Source: Hypanus sabinus
Taxonomy: Eukaryota
Direction: 5' to 3'
Assembly (NCBI RefSeq): GCF_030144855.1
Contig: NC_082724.1
Coordinates: 47,368,001 to 47,432,000 of the forward strand
DNA length: 64,000 nucleotides
In this document: positions 23,167 through 34,333 of the stretch, one piece after another
Position numbering within the stretch: the first letter of the stretch is position 1
Layout of the letters: the number at the start of each line of letters is the position of its first letter
The notes under the pieces: generated by a model
Told to the model about the DNA's origin: nothing
What the model saw: only the letters and a program-made list of their open reading frames with translations
The model's database searches: none
Program-made: the position numbers and the translations under genes

Positions 23167-24420
23167 ACACAAGATATTTTGCAGAAGTTGGAAGTCCAGA
23201 GCAACATACACAAAATGGTGGAGGAACTCAGCAGGTCAGGTAACATCTATGGGAATTAATAAACAGGTGAAGTTTTGCGCTGTGACCTCTCATCAGGACT
23301 GGAAATGAAGGGGGGAAATGCCAAATTTACATGATGAAGGATAGGAGGGAGGACAAAATAGAAGCTCATAGAAAGTAAGTGGGTGGGGGACAGGGGGTAT
23401 GAAGTAAGAAACTGAGAAGTGATGTGGAAAAGGCAAAGGCCAGAGAGGAAGGAATCTGATAAGAGAGGAGAGTGGATCATGGGAGAAAGGTAACAAGGTA
23501 CAACAGGCGAAGATGATAGACAGTTGAGGAGAAGAGGTAAGAGGCCAGAGTAGTGAAACGAAGAAGAGGGAAAGGGAGGGAAAGAATTACCAGAAGTTGG
23601 AGAAATTGTTGTTCCTACCATCAAATTGGAGGTTGCCTTGATGGAATTTGAGATCTTGCTCCTCCAACCTGAGACTGGCCTTATCGTGATAGAAAATGAG
23701 GTTATGGACTAATTGGAATGGGGATAGGAATTGAAATGTTTGGCCACTGGGAAATTTTGCTTTTTCCATTTGGAGCTGAAGTACTGAGAAAGCGGTCCCC
23801 AATCTACATCAGGTCTCACTAATGTAAAGGAGGCTTCATTGGGAGCACTGGATACAGTAGTCAACCCCAACAGATTAATACATGAAGTGTTATTTCTCCT
23901 AGAAGAACTGTTTCAGGCACTGAATGGAGGTGAGGGAGGAGGAAAATGTGCAGGTGTAACACTTTTGCCATTTGTAGGGATAAGTACCAGGAGGGACATT
24001 AGTAAAGAGGGATGAATAGACAAGGGAATCACAGAGGGAGTGATCCTTGCAGAAAGTGGTGAGTTGGTGGGGTGGGGGGGGGGGGTAAGTAAAGATGTAG
24101 TTGGTGGTAGGATCCCTTTGAAGATGGCTGAAGTTGCAGAAAATAATGTGCTGGATATAGATGCTCATGGGGTGCTAGGTGAGGACAGGAGGAACTCTAT
24201 CCCTGCTAAGGGAAAGAGAAGATAGCATGATAGTGGATGTCCGGAAAATGGAGGAGATGCAGTTGAAGGCAGCATCAATGGTGGAGGAAAGAAACCCTGT
24301 TCTTTGAAGAAGGAGGACATCTCTGATTTGCTGGAAAGGAAAGCCTCATCCTGGGTACAGATGCAGCGAAGAAAAAGGAACTGAGAATGGCATTGTTAAA
24401 AGATACAGGGTTGGATGAGT
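23167..24420 (-). mobile_element. Penelope-like element 3' portion (GIY-YIG endonuclease remnant plus pLTR)
   Basis: Minus-strand LQRDPTTNYIF...FCKDHSLCDSLV...PGTYPYKWQKCYTC, then VGVDYCIQCSQ*SLLYISET near 23815-23875. Hammerhead-like terminus near 23264-23301. Confidence 0.85.
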
Positions 24421-24749
24421 TTATAGGTTGTGAAATTAGTTCAGAGTTGCGGAGAATAAAATTATCCAAGCTGGTTCATGATGGTTGTAGGGTATTGACT
24501 GTTCCTGACCTGGTGGTGTGTGATCTAGGCACCTGTACCTTCTGATCAATGGTCCTAGTGAGAATAGAACATGGCCTGGGTGTGGACTTACTGTCATCTC
24601 CAAGGGATTCACAGGAAGCTTGTTTTGGTAACTGTTTCCCAGGAGGGTGTAGATCAGCTGAGACTGTGGAAAAAGAGACAATGCAGCTGTCAGGAAAGTA
24701 TTCACTCCTTCCGTTTGATTGATATTCATGAGGTTGAGTTTGGCCAACC

Positions 24750-25140
24750 TTCATGTTGAATTTATTGTAAAGGATGTATATACCAAAAGTAAAAATACCA
24801 TTAAAATAAACTTTTTGCAGCAGCAGAGCAGTATATTACAGACATAAATTACTATAATTTAGACATAACTTGCATGACAAAATAAACCAAAACATACATA
24901 GCAACATTTGTGCAAAGTAAATATAGTCTGAGCTAGAATCTGAGTTTTTCAAATTGGTCCAAGAATCTAATGGTAGTGGGGAAGAAATTATTGAACATTA
25001 AGATGAAGGACGTTAGGCTTTTTAACTTTCTGTCTGAAGGCAGCAATGAGAAGAAGGCATGACCAGACTGTAGGGATCCTTAACTAAGAGATTACATTTT
25101 ATCCATATCCTCAATGGTAGGGAGTCCAGTACCCATGCAG
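24750..25140 (-). mobile_element. Rex1/Babar-type 3' end, degenerate
   Basis: aagaatctaatggtagtggggaagaaattatt matches the reverse complement of the NSFFP..IR.LN 3' block. Confidence 0.4.
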
Positions 25141-25316
25141 GAATCTGATGCATTTTCAGCCTTTTCTATGGGGAATCCAGTCAGTGATACAGGGTTAACT
25201 GCTAATTATGTTGTTGGTATCGCAGTACTTATCGCAGTCAAGTCTTCACCTTGTGCTCCCACATTGACTCAGCTGTTACAATGTGTTTGCATCCAGAAAT
25301 TAATGAGCAAATCAAA

Positions 25317-25379
25317 TGTGTGTGTGTGTGTGTGTGTGTGTGTATTCATATATATGTATATATATATATATATATATAT
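25317..25379. repeat. Compound microsatellite (TG)n-(TA)n
   Basis: Read directly from the sequence. Confidence 0.98.
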
Positions 25380-26814
25380 TCAATTCAAATGTCACAAAAA
25401 CTCTCTGATGTATGTCTTTTTCTGAAATAGTTTACTTCCCTTGCCATATCTGCGTTCATCCAGGTTAATCATTACTGTAATGTGCTTGTTGAATAAAAAT
25501 TCTGCTCTATTTAAAACAATATCACTCATATCACAATGGAATGAAATTTTGTCATCTGGAAATCTTTCCAAGTATTAGCTTTAACAAAAGCATTTGAGTG
25601 TACAAGTAAAATAATCTCACTGGATTTACTTGGCCAGTGATCAATTCTAACATGGCCAAAATTCTTCTGTCAAATTGTTGCATCTTTAGTCTAATTGTTT
25701 TGTGTTTCCTGGACCGTTCTTCTTAACAAAATGGAAATGCATTTTGTTTGTGATTATCTTTGTCTAATATTCCTTCAAACCCCCTACCTTCCCATTTTAA
25801 TGTACAGTGTGTCATTTTGTTCTTGAAACAAGTTACTTTCGTTTTGGGGAGTTACTCTATGTTATATGCTGATTTGCTGTTGGGTTCTCCATCAAAAAGC
25901 AAACAGTTTTACGTAAAGGTCTGTCAGCTCTGTGTCTCATTGAGAGTGTGTGCAACCAATGATATGTTAAGGATGTTACCCAATTCCAGGAATATACGTG
26001 GTGTTGAGATTAGCTTCAGGATGATGACCCTGTAATGGGGCGGAACTCCATTTCATCACACCACATCTCATCTATCGAAGGATGATTGAGTTCATGTTTC
26101 CTTTCTTTATTAAACTGCAATCCTTCAGGTCACACATTCCCTCGATTGGCTTGTGCAGTTTGCAATATCCAGCAGAAAAATGTCTAGAAATTGGATTACA
26201 TAGCATCATCTTTATTCAGCAAAACATAATTGAAAATTGATCTTACATAAAGTAAATTCATGTATCAAGTCATGCCAAATGAGGAATTGGACTAGAAAAT
26301 TGAAGCCACATTGTATCTGGGGTGTAATTACATGGTCTCAGAGGTAATTACTGAGAAGCTTCTGCATAGGTAAAATACTTTATCCTTAAGTCTCCTTGAC
26401 TGCATAGTCTGCCATGCTGTTGCCCTCCTCCTCTGCAACTAGGCATAGAACAAGGTTTTAGTAGTGGTAAAGTGAATATTGATTGAACGTATACTGGAAA
26501 GGGATAAATGTGATTTAAAATGAATCCGCTTATAGAAAATCTCTGTAAATCTGATGTTTCATTTCTTCCCCAATGACCGAAATTCCAAGGCTGCACCTGC
26601 AACAGACACAACTCTGAACGGACCTCTGGTTATTCTCCCTATCAAATCAAATCTTAGGACAAAGAACTGGACAAAACATATTTGTCCAAGGCAATTGCGT
26701 GATTTGTTGCAAATAAAGTTTTCAGTCACAAATGTAAGTGAATTTTGATGCAGAACAGCAGAACAGGATGGATGTTAGAATTTCCAACAGTAGGGGAAGG
26801 ATGGTTGATTTTTT

Positions 26815-27137
26815 TTTAAGTAAGCTTATTTGTCACATGTACATCAAAACATTGAAACACACAATAAAATGTGTTCTTTGCATCAGTGACCAACATGAAG
26901 TCTGAGATGTGCTGGGTGTAGCCCACAGATGTTGCCAACATAGACAGCATGCTCTTTACTAACCTTAGCTCATACGTCTGGAATGTGGGAGGAAAATGGA
27001 GCACTCCAAGAAAACCCACACTGTCATGGGGAGAACATATGGTCTCCTTACAGGTAGTGGCAGAATTGAACCCTGATCTTACAGATGACACTGCTATAGT
27101 GTTATGCTAGCTAGCTGTGATACTACCACACTGCCCC
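26815..27137 (-). mobile_element. tRNA-derived V-SINE
   Basis: Reverse complement gives head gggggcagtgtggtagta, B-box gggttcaattc, a V-domain, and tail gatgtacatgtgacaaataag. Confidence 0.75.
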
Positions 27138-27842
27138 CAATTTGATAAATAAACAACTGAAAGGCTTGTAAGATATTAAACAGCAGAATTACAGAGAGCT
27201 TGTAAGAACAGTCCATTTCAAATCACATTTGTCCATTCATTGCATATAGTCAGTGAGTATTAATTACTTGTTCCATTTACCACTACTGTTAGTTACCATT
27301 AATAAAAAAGATATTTGTTTAGAAGCTCTGTGCTATTCGGTTGCAATATACCTGAAGTCACTGCATTCTGTGTGTTATATCATTATTCATTCTGAATTCT
27401 CTATGTAAGATTTTGTTTTTGTCTTAGTATTAAAATTAAACCATTTGTCACTTCATCCACACCCAACAGAACTGTTTGTTTCCACTTCAGAGCTTCTGTT
27501 ATCTTACAGAGCTTGTTGATTAAGTCACTGAAGAAAACATACTTTTGTTCAACTCATGGTCACTGTTCTATCCACCATTCCAAAAATCTGTCAACTGTGC
27601 CCTGCATCTATGCTTACTCCCAAATCACCTACATAAATTTCCTATGAGTTAAGATGACCTATTTTCGACTCTTTCCTTCTGGAGATTAGGGCAACTTAAT
27701 GTGGTATTCAGGCAGTCCTGAGTATTGGGAAGTGATAACTGCTGGATATGGGATTAAAATCAAGATTTGCAGAAATAGATGTAAAATATCCCACACCACT
27801 AATTAAAAAGAAATCTCACTCTCATTCTCTGTCTGCTTCACA

Positions 27843-27990
27843 AGCAAGAGAAAGTCTGCAGATGCTGGAAATCCAAGCAATGCACACAAAATGCTGGAGG
27901 AACTCAGATGGCCAGGTCTCATCTATGGAAAAAAGTACAGTCAACATTTTGGGCCGAGGCCCTTCATCAGGACTGGGAAAAAAAGATGAG
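27843..27990 (-). mobile_element. Penelope pLTR fragment
   Basis: tctgcagatgctggaaatcc...aaatgctggaggaactcag...cttcatcaggactg. A second copy follows at 28075-28200. Confidence 0.75.
27938..27975 (-). ncRNA. Minimal type I hammerhead ribozyme motif, CpG-decayed and probably inactive
   Basis: Reverse complement is CAGTC-CTGATGA-AGGGCCTCGGCCC-AAAA-TGTT-GACTG. Stem I (CAGTC/GACTG) and stem II (GGGC/GCCC) pair perfectly and CUGAUGA is intact. GAAAC has decayed to AAAAT. Confidence 0.6.
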
Positions 27991-29052
27991 GATACAACCA
28001 CTTTCATGTGTATTGTTCTCTCTGCTTGTTATGGCCCCAACATCTCTTGTTCAAACAATGTAGATTATCTATTATAAACACAGGAGATTCTGCAGATGCT
28101 GAAAACCCAGAGTAACACACATAAAAAGCTGGAGGAACTCAGCAGGTCAAGCAGAGTCTGTGGAGATGAATAAAGAGTTGATACTTTGAGTGGAGACCCT
28201 TAATTGGGTTTATCTGTTAGAGTGCTACTTGTGTGACAATACTGTGGACAGTTTGCTAGGGTGTGATAGGTCATAAAACACTTGAGAACATCTGGAGATG
28301 CTGCATCAATTTAAGTATATTCTATTGTATTGATTTTAATTATGGCACTGAGTTTCCAAACTTTCAGTTCTATTGTTACACTATACTTGCAGTGAAAAAT
28401 TAACATTGTGCAATTTCTGTAATTACCTGACGGGAAACTGTCAGTCTAATAGAAACATATTTATCTCTTGCTCAGTAATTATATTCCCTCTGTTGTTATT
28501 ATAATCAGTGATGAGAGGCAAATTAATGTGGATCTCAGGTGCTGGATATCAAAGGTAGTGACCTCATTTCCTATAAATCAGGAGGTGTTCAGCTTCAGGA
28601 ACATTGATGAGGTCCAATTACTATCGATTAAAGTCAGATTACTTAGAAATGCATTACAGATAGCTTACAGACAGATCTGTTGTGGTATCATTTTTCACTT
28701 AAAGGTAATACTCACTTGGGGGTAGCACTGAATACTGACTGTGATATTATTTTAGAGGTTAACCAGCCAATATGGGAAATCCAATTTAAATGAATTGTTT
28801 ATTTCTTGGTGCTGTCACCTGGTGGTTTGGAACCAGCTGGGGAAATACTTAGAGATTTTGTTACTGAAACTTGCAGCTTCCTTTAACATTTCAGCTTTTT
28901 ATTCTAGTCAACAATGAATATTTACAAGGTTTGCCAGTTTTCTATGTATTTTACAATAAAAGAAAATGCCAAATAATTGTCCCAAAGATCAAAGTTAGGT
29001 TTTCAATAATATCATCAACAACACTAAATAGTGTCTGAAATATAGTTACATG

Positions 29053-29459
29053 CAGTAGTGTGTAAAGGTCTTTGGTCCATGTAAAAAATTTTGTAAATTG
29101 AAGACGCTTTCAAAAATAATGAAATGAACAGATTATAAATAGCAAAAGAAATCTATAAAGAGCAGTAAACAGTAAAAAAAAAGTAAATTGATTCAATATT
29201 AGGTGTGACCACCCTTTGCCTATAAAACTGCATCAGTCCTCTTAGGTTTATTGTTGTGCAGTTTTATGAGACAATCAGCTCGTAGGTTGTTCCAAGCATC
29301 TTGGAGATCTTGCCACAGTTCTTCTCCAAACTTTGGCTATCTCATCTGCCTCTGTCTGTCCAGATAATCCCAGATAACCTCAATGATGTTGAGACCAGGG
29401 CTCGATGGTGGCCATACCATCTGAAACCATTGGGTGCCTAAGACTTTTGCACAGTACTG
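29053..29459 (-). mobile_element. Tc1/mariner internal-deletion derivative
   Basis: Imperfect TIRs cagtagtgtgtaaaggtctttgg and (rc) cagtactgtgcaaaagtcttagg, with TA at 29460-29461. Transposase remnant WPPSSPGLNIIEVIW matches the Tc1 WP.QSPDLN.IE motif. Confidence 0.85.
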
Positions 29460-32400
29460 TATGCCAAGGCACAGGGCAGGAGAAAGCTTACATTCTTTGG
29501 TTCCAATTTTAGAGAAAATGTATTTCAAAAGGCTAGGAAGCAAGTGTCACTTCCTTTATTTCTGAAACTTGGCTGTGTAACCCATCAGTCATTGGTTTGA
29601 CATGCACACACTGAAAGTGATGATTGATACAGAGCTTTTTCCTGACAGCATAAAGTGAAATGAGCTTCCTACTATATCCACAATGTTAATTCACGTATAG
29701 ATAGATCAGAGAAGCCCTGCTTAGCCACTCACTTATCATAGCAGGCGGAACTAAACCCATGGAAGTGTGTATCTGTATTCTTTTACTCTCCATGTTCATC
29801 AAAATATTTCAACATAATTTAATTTCAAAAATGTACACAGAGTCATTAAGTAGAAGACAATATAAAAATATTTTCCCACATACATTATTTGACTTTTTCT
29901 TCTGTGCTCCTTTTCACTTATTAGTGTGTTAAGGATTAAGTATCAGCACAATATATGTTTACAGTTCTCTGTTTATCGCTCTTTCCCTCTTTTCTTTCTC
30001 CATATCGCTTGCTTTCTCATTACCTCCACATCATCTGCAATGTGATATTTCCAGCAGCATTTGGTGGGCATGCTAACACAAAACATAACCAAAGGCTGAA
30101 ATGAGTTGGGATTTGTTGCTGACTTTCCAACTCTGAAGTAACCTAAAGTTAGTCTTACAGTCATTTCAAATGTTAAGTATTAATGTTGTTGTGAATCATA
30201 GTTTTTCTTTCTGATTAAGCTTTTCTTGGTAATATAAATGTTAAGGAATTACAAATGGTAAGCACACCTGTTGGCTAATGACATCAGATGTACCATATGT
30301 GATGAACTAAAATATTCACTGTTCATTAGAAATGAACTTGCTAATAAACTTCCTCTGGGCCAGATTGTGCTGTATTGCGGATGGAAGTTCCATCACAAAC
30401 CGCCCACCCACTGCCATTTATCGCATACTTGACACCTCAGTGCACTTTAGCCCGGAAGCATGTAACTTGCTGGCAATCAGAAGTATTAGCATCTAGACTC
30501 TTACTCCATTTTGCTGGGCTCATGGTTAACTTCACAATTAAAAGACACTTGGGCAGTTCTGGAACAATAATAGGAGTTGTTCAGAGGGATAAAGGACAGA
30601 TGTAGACAAAAGCCTAGATGACATTTTGATTGGCATGGAGAAGTTGGGCTGGGGTGCCTGTTTCTGTGCCGTATTTCTCTATGACTTTAACTCTTGGTGC
30701 AGCTTTGAAATACACTGAGCTGAGGGCACTGCCACAAGTTGTGTTCCGTACCTTAGCAAGTGGTGATCCCATTCATCTGAAGGAGGTCTCTGACTTACAC
30801 AAAAAATGTCTGGGATTTTTTTCTTTATTTCACTTTACATTTATTTGTTAAGATAATGTACAGTCATAGCATACCTTTAGCTAACTTCACAATTTAATAA
30901 TATTGAATAGGGTTTTCTTTTGCATCCATAGGTTTTGAGATGTTCCAAGTGAGAAGTGCTTTGGCAGCAGCGATGTATTGGAAATAATTGGGTGTGCTGG
31001 GGTCAGGGCCCAATATAATGTGACATGGGTGCCACATGTGTTCTGATAATCATATTGGCACTTGATAGTGGACTGTGCAGGTCTGGACTGGAATTATCAA
31101 TTAGACTGGTGAATTTAGTGAAAAGTGGAGACATGAAATGACATCGTATAAAGCTTATCTGCAGTGCTTGGGAGGTTGTAAAGCATTAATTAATACTTGG
31201 GTATTGTTAAAAATGTACTTTGTAATAATGATATAAATGGGATGATTGCTGACAGCCACACTGTTATTTTCATAGCCAAATCTAGGCCAATGTATATTAA
31301 ACAGTGAGGATGTGGTTAGTTACATAATTTTTAAAAAATATTCATGTGTTCAGAAAGTCTCACAGGTGGTTGCATATTTCCCTTGACAATTAAATAATTT
31401 GAATACCAGTATAATGAAGAAGGTACATGTGATTTAAAAATATCCATTGCTCCAGTGTGCTGCTCAAAACTTAAGGGAAAATTACACATTGCTGATAACA
31501 CTACATTTTAAATACATTGCTCTATTGTCACCTTGTTATATTTCTGAACGTTTTCTTATGGGAATTGTTTCTGGCATCTTAATTCCTAATGTAAGATAAT
31601 TACTAGATTACACATAATTGTGATCGCACATCTCCTCAGACTAACACGCTTGCACTGAGAGAATAGCTTGGATGTGTGACCAATGCATTGGACATGTTCT
31701 CACCCTCAGGATATATAGTTGCCAAAGTTTTATACTATAGCTTTCTTACATGACAATTACAGACATATTAAATGAAGTATTGTTGTGCTCTATGGAGATT
31801 TATGGAAAATTATGCTAGCCCCTAAAGCAAAATTCTGATTAGATGTAACATCTGAGCACAAGGCATAAACAGCTGAGGATTCTTATCAACATGTGTCTAT
31901 TGACAGGATTAAATGAGGGAAACCACAGTTTTTTTTACTAGTCAAAGTAAGTACTTAATGGTATGACATGATCTGCCTCAATGCATACAAAACAAAATCT
32001 TCCACTCTATCTTGACACGTGACAGTAATATACCAATACCTAGTAATCTTGACTTGAGCTTTTAGATTTCCATGCTGATTTTTGAACTTTAGTGTCATCT
32101 AGTAGATTGAAAGCATTTGGAGTTAAACTCAATCATTTCACAATCAGATTTCTGGTTCATTTGGAGAGAAAAACACATGCAATATGGTTTTACCGACCAA
32201 TTGAAGCAAGGTGTTACTATAAATATTAGGTTATTTAAGGATAATGGTCATTTAGCAAATTATGGTCACAGCTGCTGTATTGTTCTCAAGTTAGGCATTG
32301 AGAAGTAAGTCAACTGTTAAAGTGCATTTGCTTTGAGTACTTCAGCATTAAAGGCTTCCCTGAAGTTGAAGAGGGATGGGTGAGAACGTTTTCCTTTATG

Positions 32401-32549
32401 GTCACCAATTTCTCCCCTTCCACACAAAGTTATTTTCTGATCCACCTCTGTGCCACTTGTGACCCCAGACAAGTTACAGACTCAACACTGGCACCATCTT
32501 GCTCTGAGGTGTTTAAGATAGAGATGCTACAAATATTGGTAGTGGGCTT

Positions 32550-32565
32550 AAGACCTTACCTCAGC
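32550..32565 (+). repeat. L1 target-site duplication, left copy (AAGACCTTACCTCAGC)
   Basis: An identical 16-mer occurs at 38455-38470. The site reads TT|AAGA, matching L1 endonuclease preference. Confidence 0.95.
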
Positions 32566-32715
32566 GGACTTCCGGTAAGATGGCGATTGTTTAGCTGCTC
32601 CGAATTTTTGCTCCGTCATTCTTCCTAACTTTGCACTATATGTCTCCCTTCTTAAACCTTAGTTAGGTATTTTATCAGGTCTCTGTTACCTGCCTGCGAA
32701 CACATCTATCTTATA

Positions 32716-33513
32716 ATGGCTACCAAAAGTACTAAAACCAGGAAAAAGGAAACTTCTACAACTTTGCCGGCTGACATTCTCGCTGTTTTGGAACAACATC
32801 GACGAGATATTTTAAAGGAATTAGAACTTCTTTCAACCAGCTGGATGTCAAATTGGATTGGATCAACGCTAGAGTAGATGAACATGCTGAACATTTATCT
32901 CACATTGACTCAAGTTCTGAAGATTTAAAATGCCGTGTTCAATATCTTGAAACTCTCTGCTCCAACCTAGAGGAGAAGAATAGTAAACTTTTTTCCAAAA
33001 TGGTGGATCTTGAAAACCGGAGCAGACGTTGCAATCTACGAATTCTTGGTTTGCCAGAGGCCACCGAACAGGGCTCTCCTGTGAAATTTTTTTCCAATTT
33101 TCTCTGTGAGATTCTTGGGAAAGAATTTCTTCCGACTCCACTTGGCTCACAGGATGTATGTTCCCTGTGCAACTCTGGGTTCCCGTCCACGACCGGTAAT
33201 TTTGTGCTTTCATCAATACCAGGTGAAAAACTGTTTGATTATGGAGGCACACCGCAGAGGTACTTCTGCTTTTCAAAATACAGTCATTCGTTTTGTGGAG
33301 GATTTTGCCCCCCAGGTTCTGAAGATGCGTGCTGAGTTTAAAGGTGTAATGAAAGTGCTTTATGATCGCGGATTCAGACCCTCCCTTCGAAATCAAGCCG
33401 ATCTTCGAATTACACTTACTACTGGAGATTATAAGTGGTTTAAATCAGTGAAGGAGGCTGAGGCATTTGTTGGAAGTCTCCCGGCCACCCCGTCTTCTTC
33501 GGAACCGGTCTGA
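32716..33513 (+). pseudogene. L1 ORF1 (coiled coil plus RRM/CTD), frameshifted
   Basis: DLENRSRRCNLRILGLPE, AHR...RPRPVILCFH and IRFVEDF distributed across frames. Confidence 0.9.
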
Positions 33514-34333
33514 CCTTCTAAAATGGTTGATAAGTACCTCTTGAAGTAAAACTATTTTTTCCCGACTCAGACTTTACTTGAATAATTCAGACATTATCTA
33601 TTGAAACTCTAAGGGCTGTAGTCAATCTCTCCCTGGACTTGGTGCGTTTTTTCTAAATAGATAATCTGAGTTTAATGTTTCCCTGTGGACGTTTAGATCG
33701 TACATGTGTAATCTATTTTATTTTTGTATAACTTTATCTATAGAGATTTGACTTTAACTTGTTTTGGAGGTTTGGAGTTTTTATTAAAGGCCTCCCTGTT
33801 GGTTGATTCATAGTTTAAGTTTTGCTTTTTTTTTCTGTAAATGGTTGATAAGTACTCTCTTCGAATCTATAATTTCCCCCTTTTCTCCCTCCCTTTTCTT
33901 TTAATCTTTTATAATTTTTCACGGGTAGGTTAGTTTTGGTTTTCTTCTGATTTTCTTTGTATTAAGTTTTATACTTCTGTTGAAGTTGTTCCTATTTGTA
34001 ATTATGTTTTCTAGTGCATAAACTAGTTACTATTTGCTATAGTATTTATACAGAACTGTTGTTAACGACACAGAACTGGAAGTCATACTTGGGTTAATTT
34101 TTTTGGTAGAGCTAGCTGGTTTTTTAGGTAGCCGTCTAGTTTTGGGTTGCGAGGGTGGGGTGGGTTCTTCAGTTCCAACACTACTCACTGTTTCTTTTGC
34201 TTTCCTTTGTTATTCAAGACATGTCTCTGCTTTGATTCTATGGATCTATGTTTACATTTTTGCTCCCAGACTGTTATTGTACTGCTTGATTTTTTTTATA
34301 TGCCTGTTGCCTTCTATGCACTAACAATTGATA

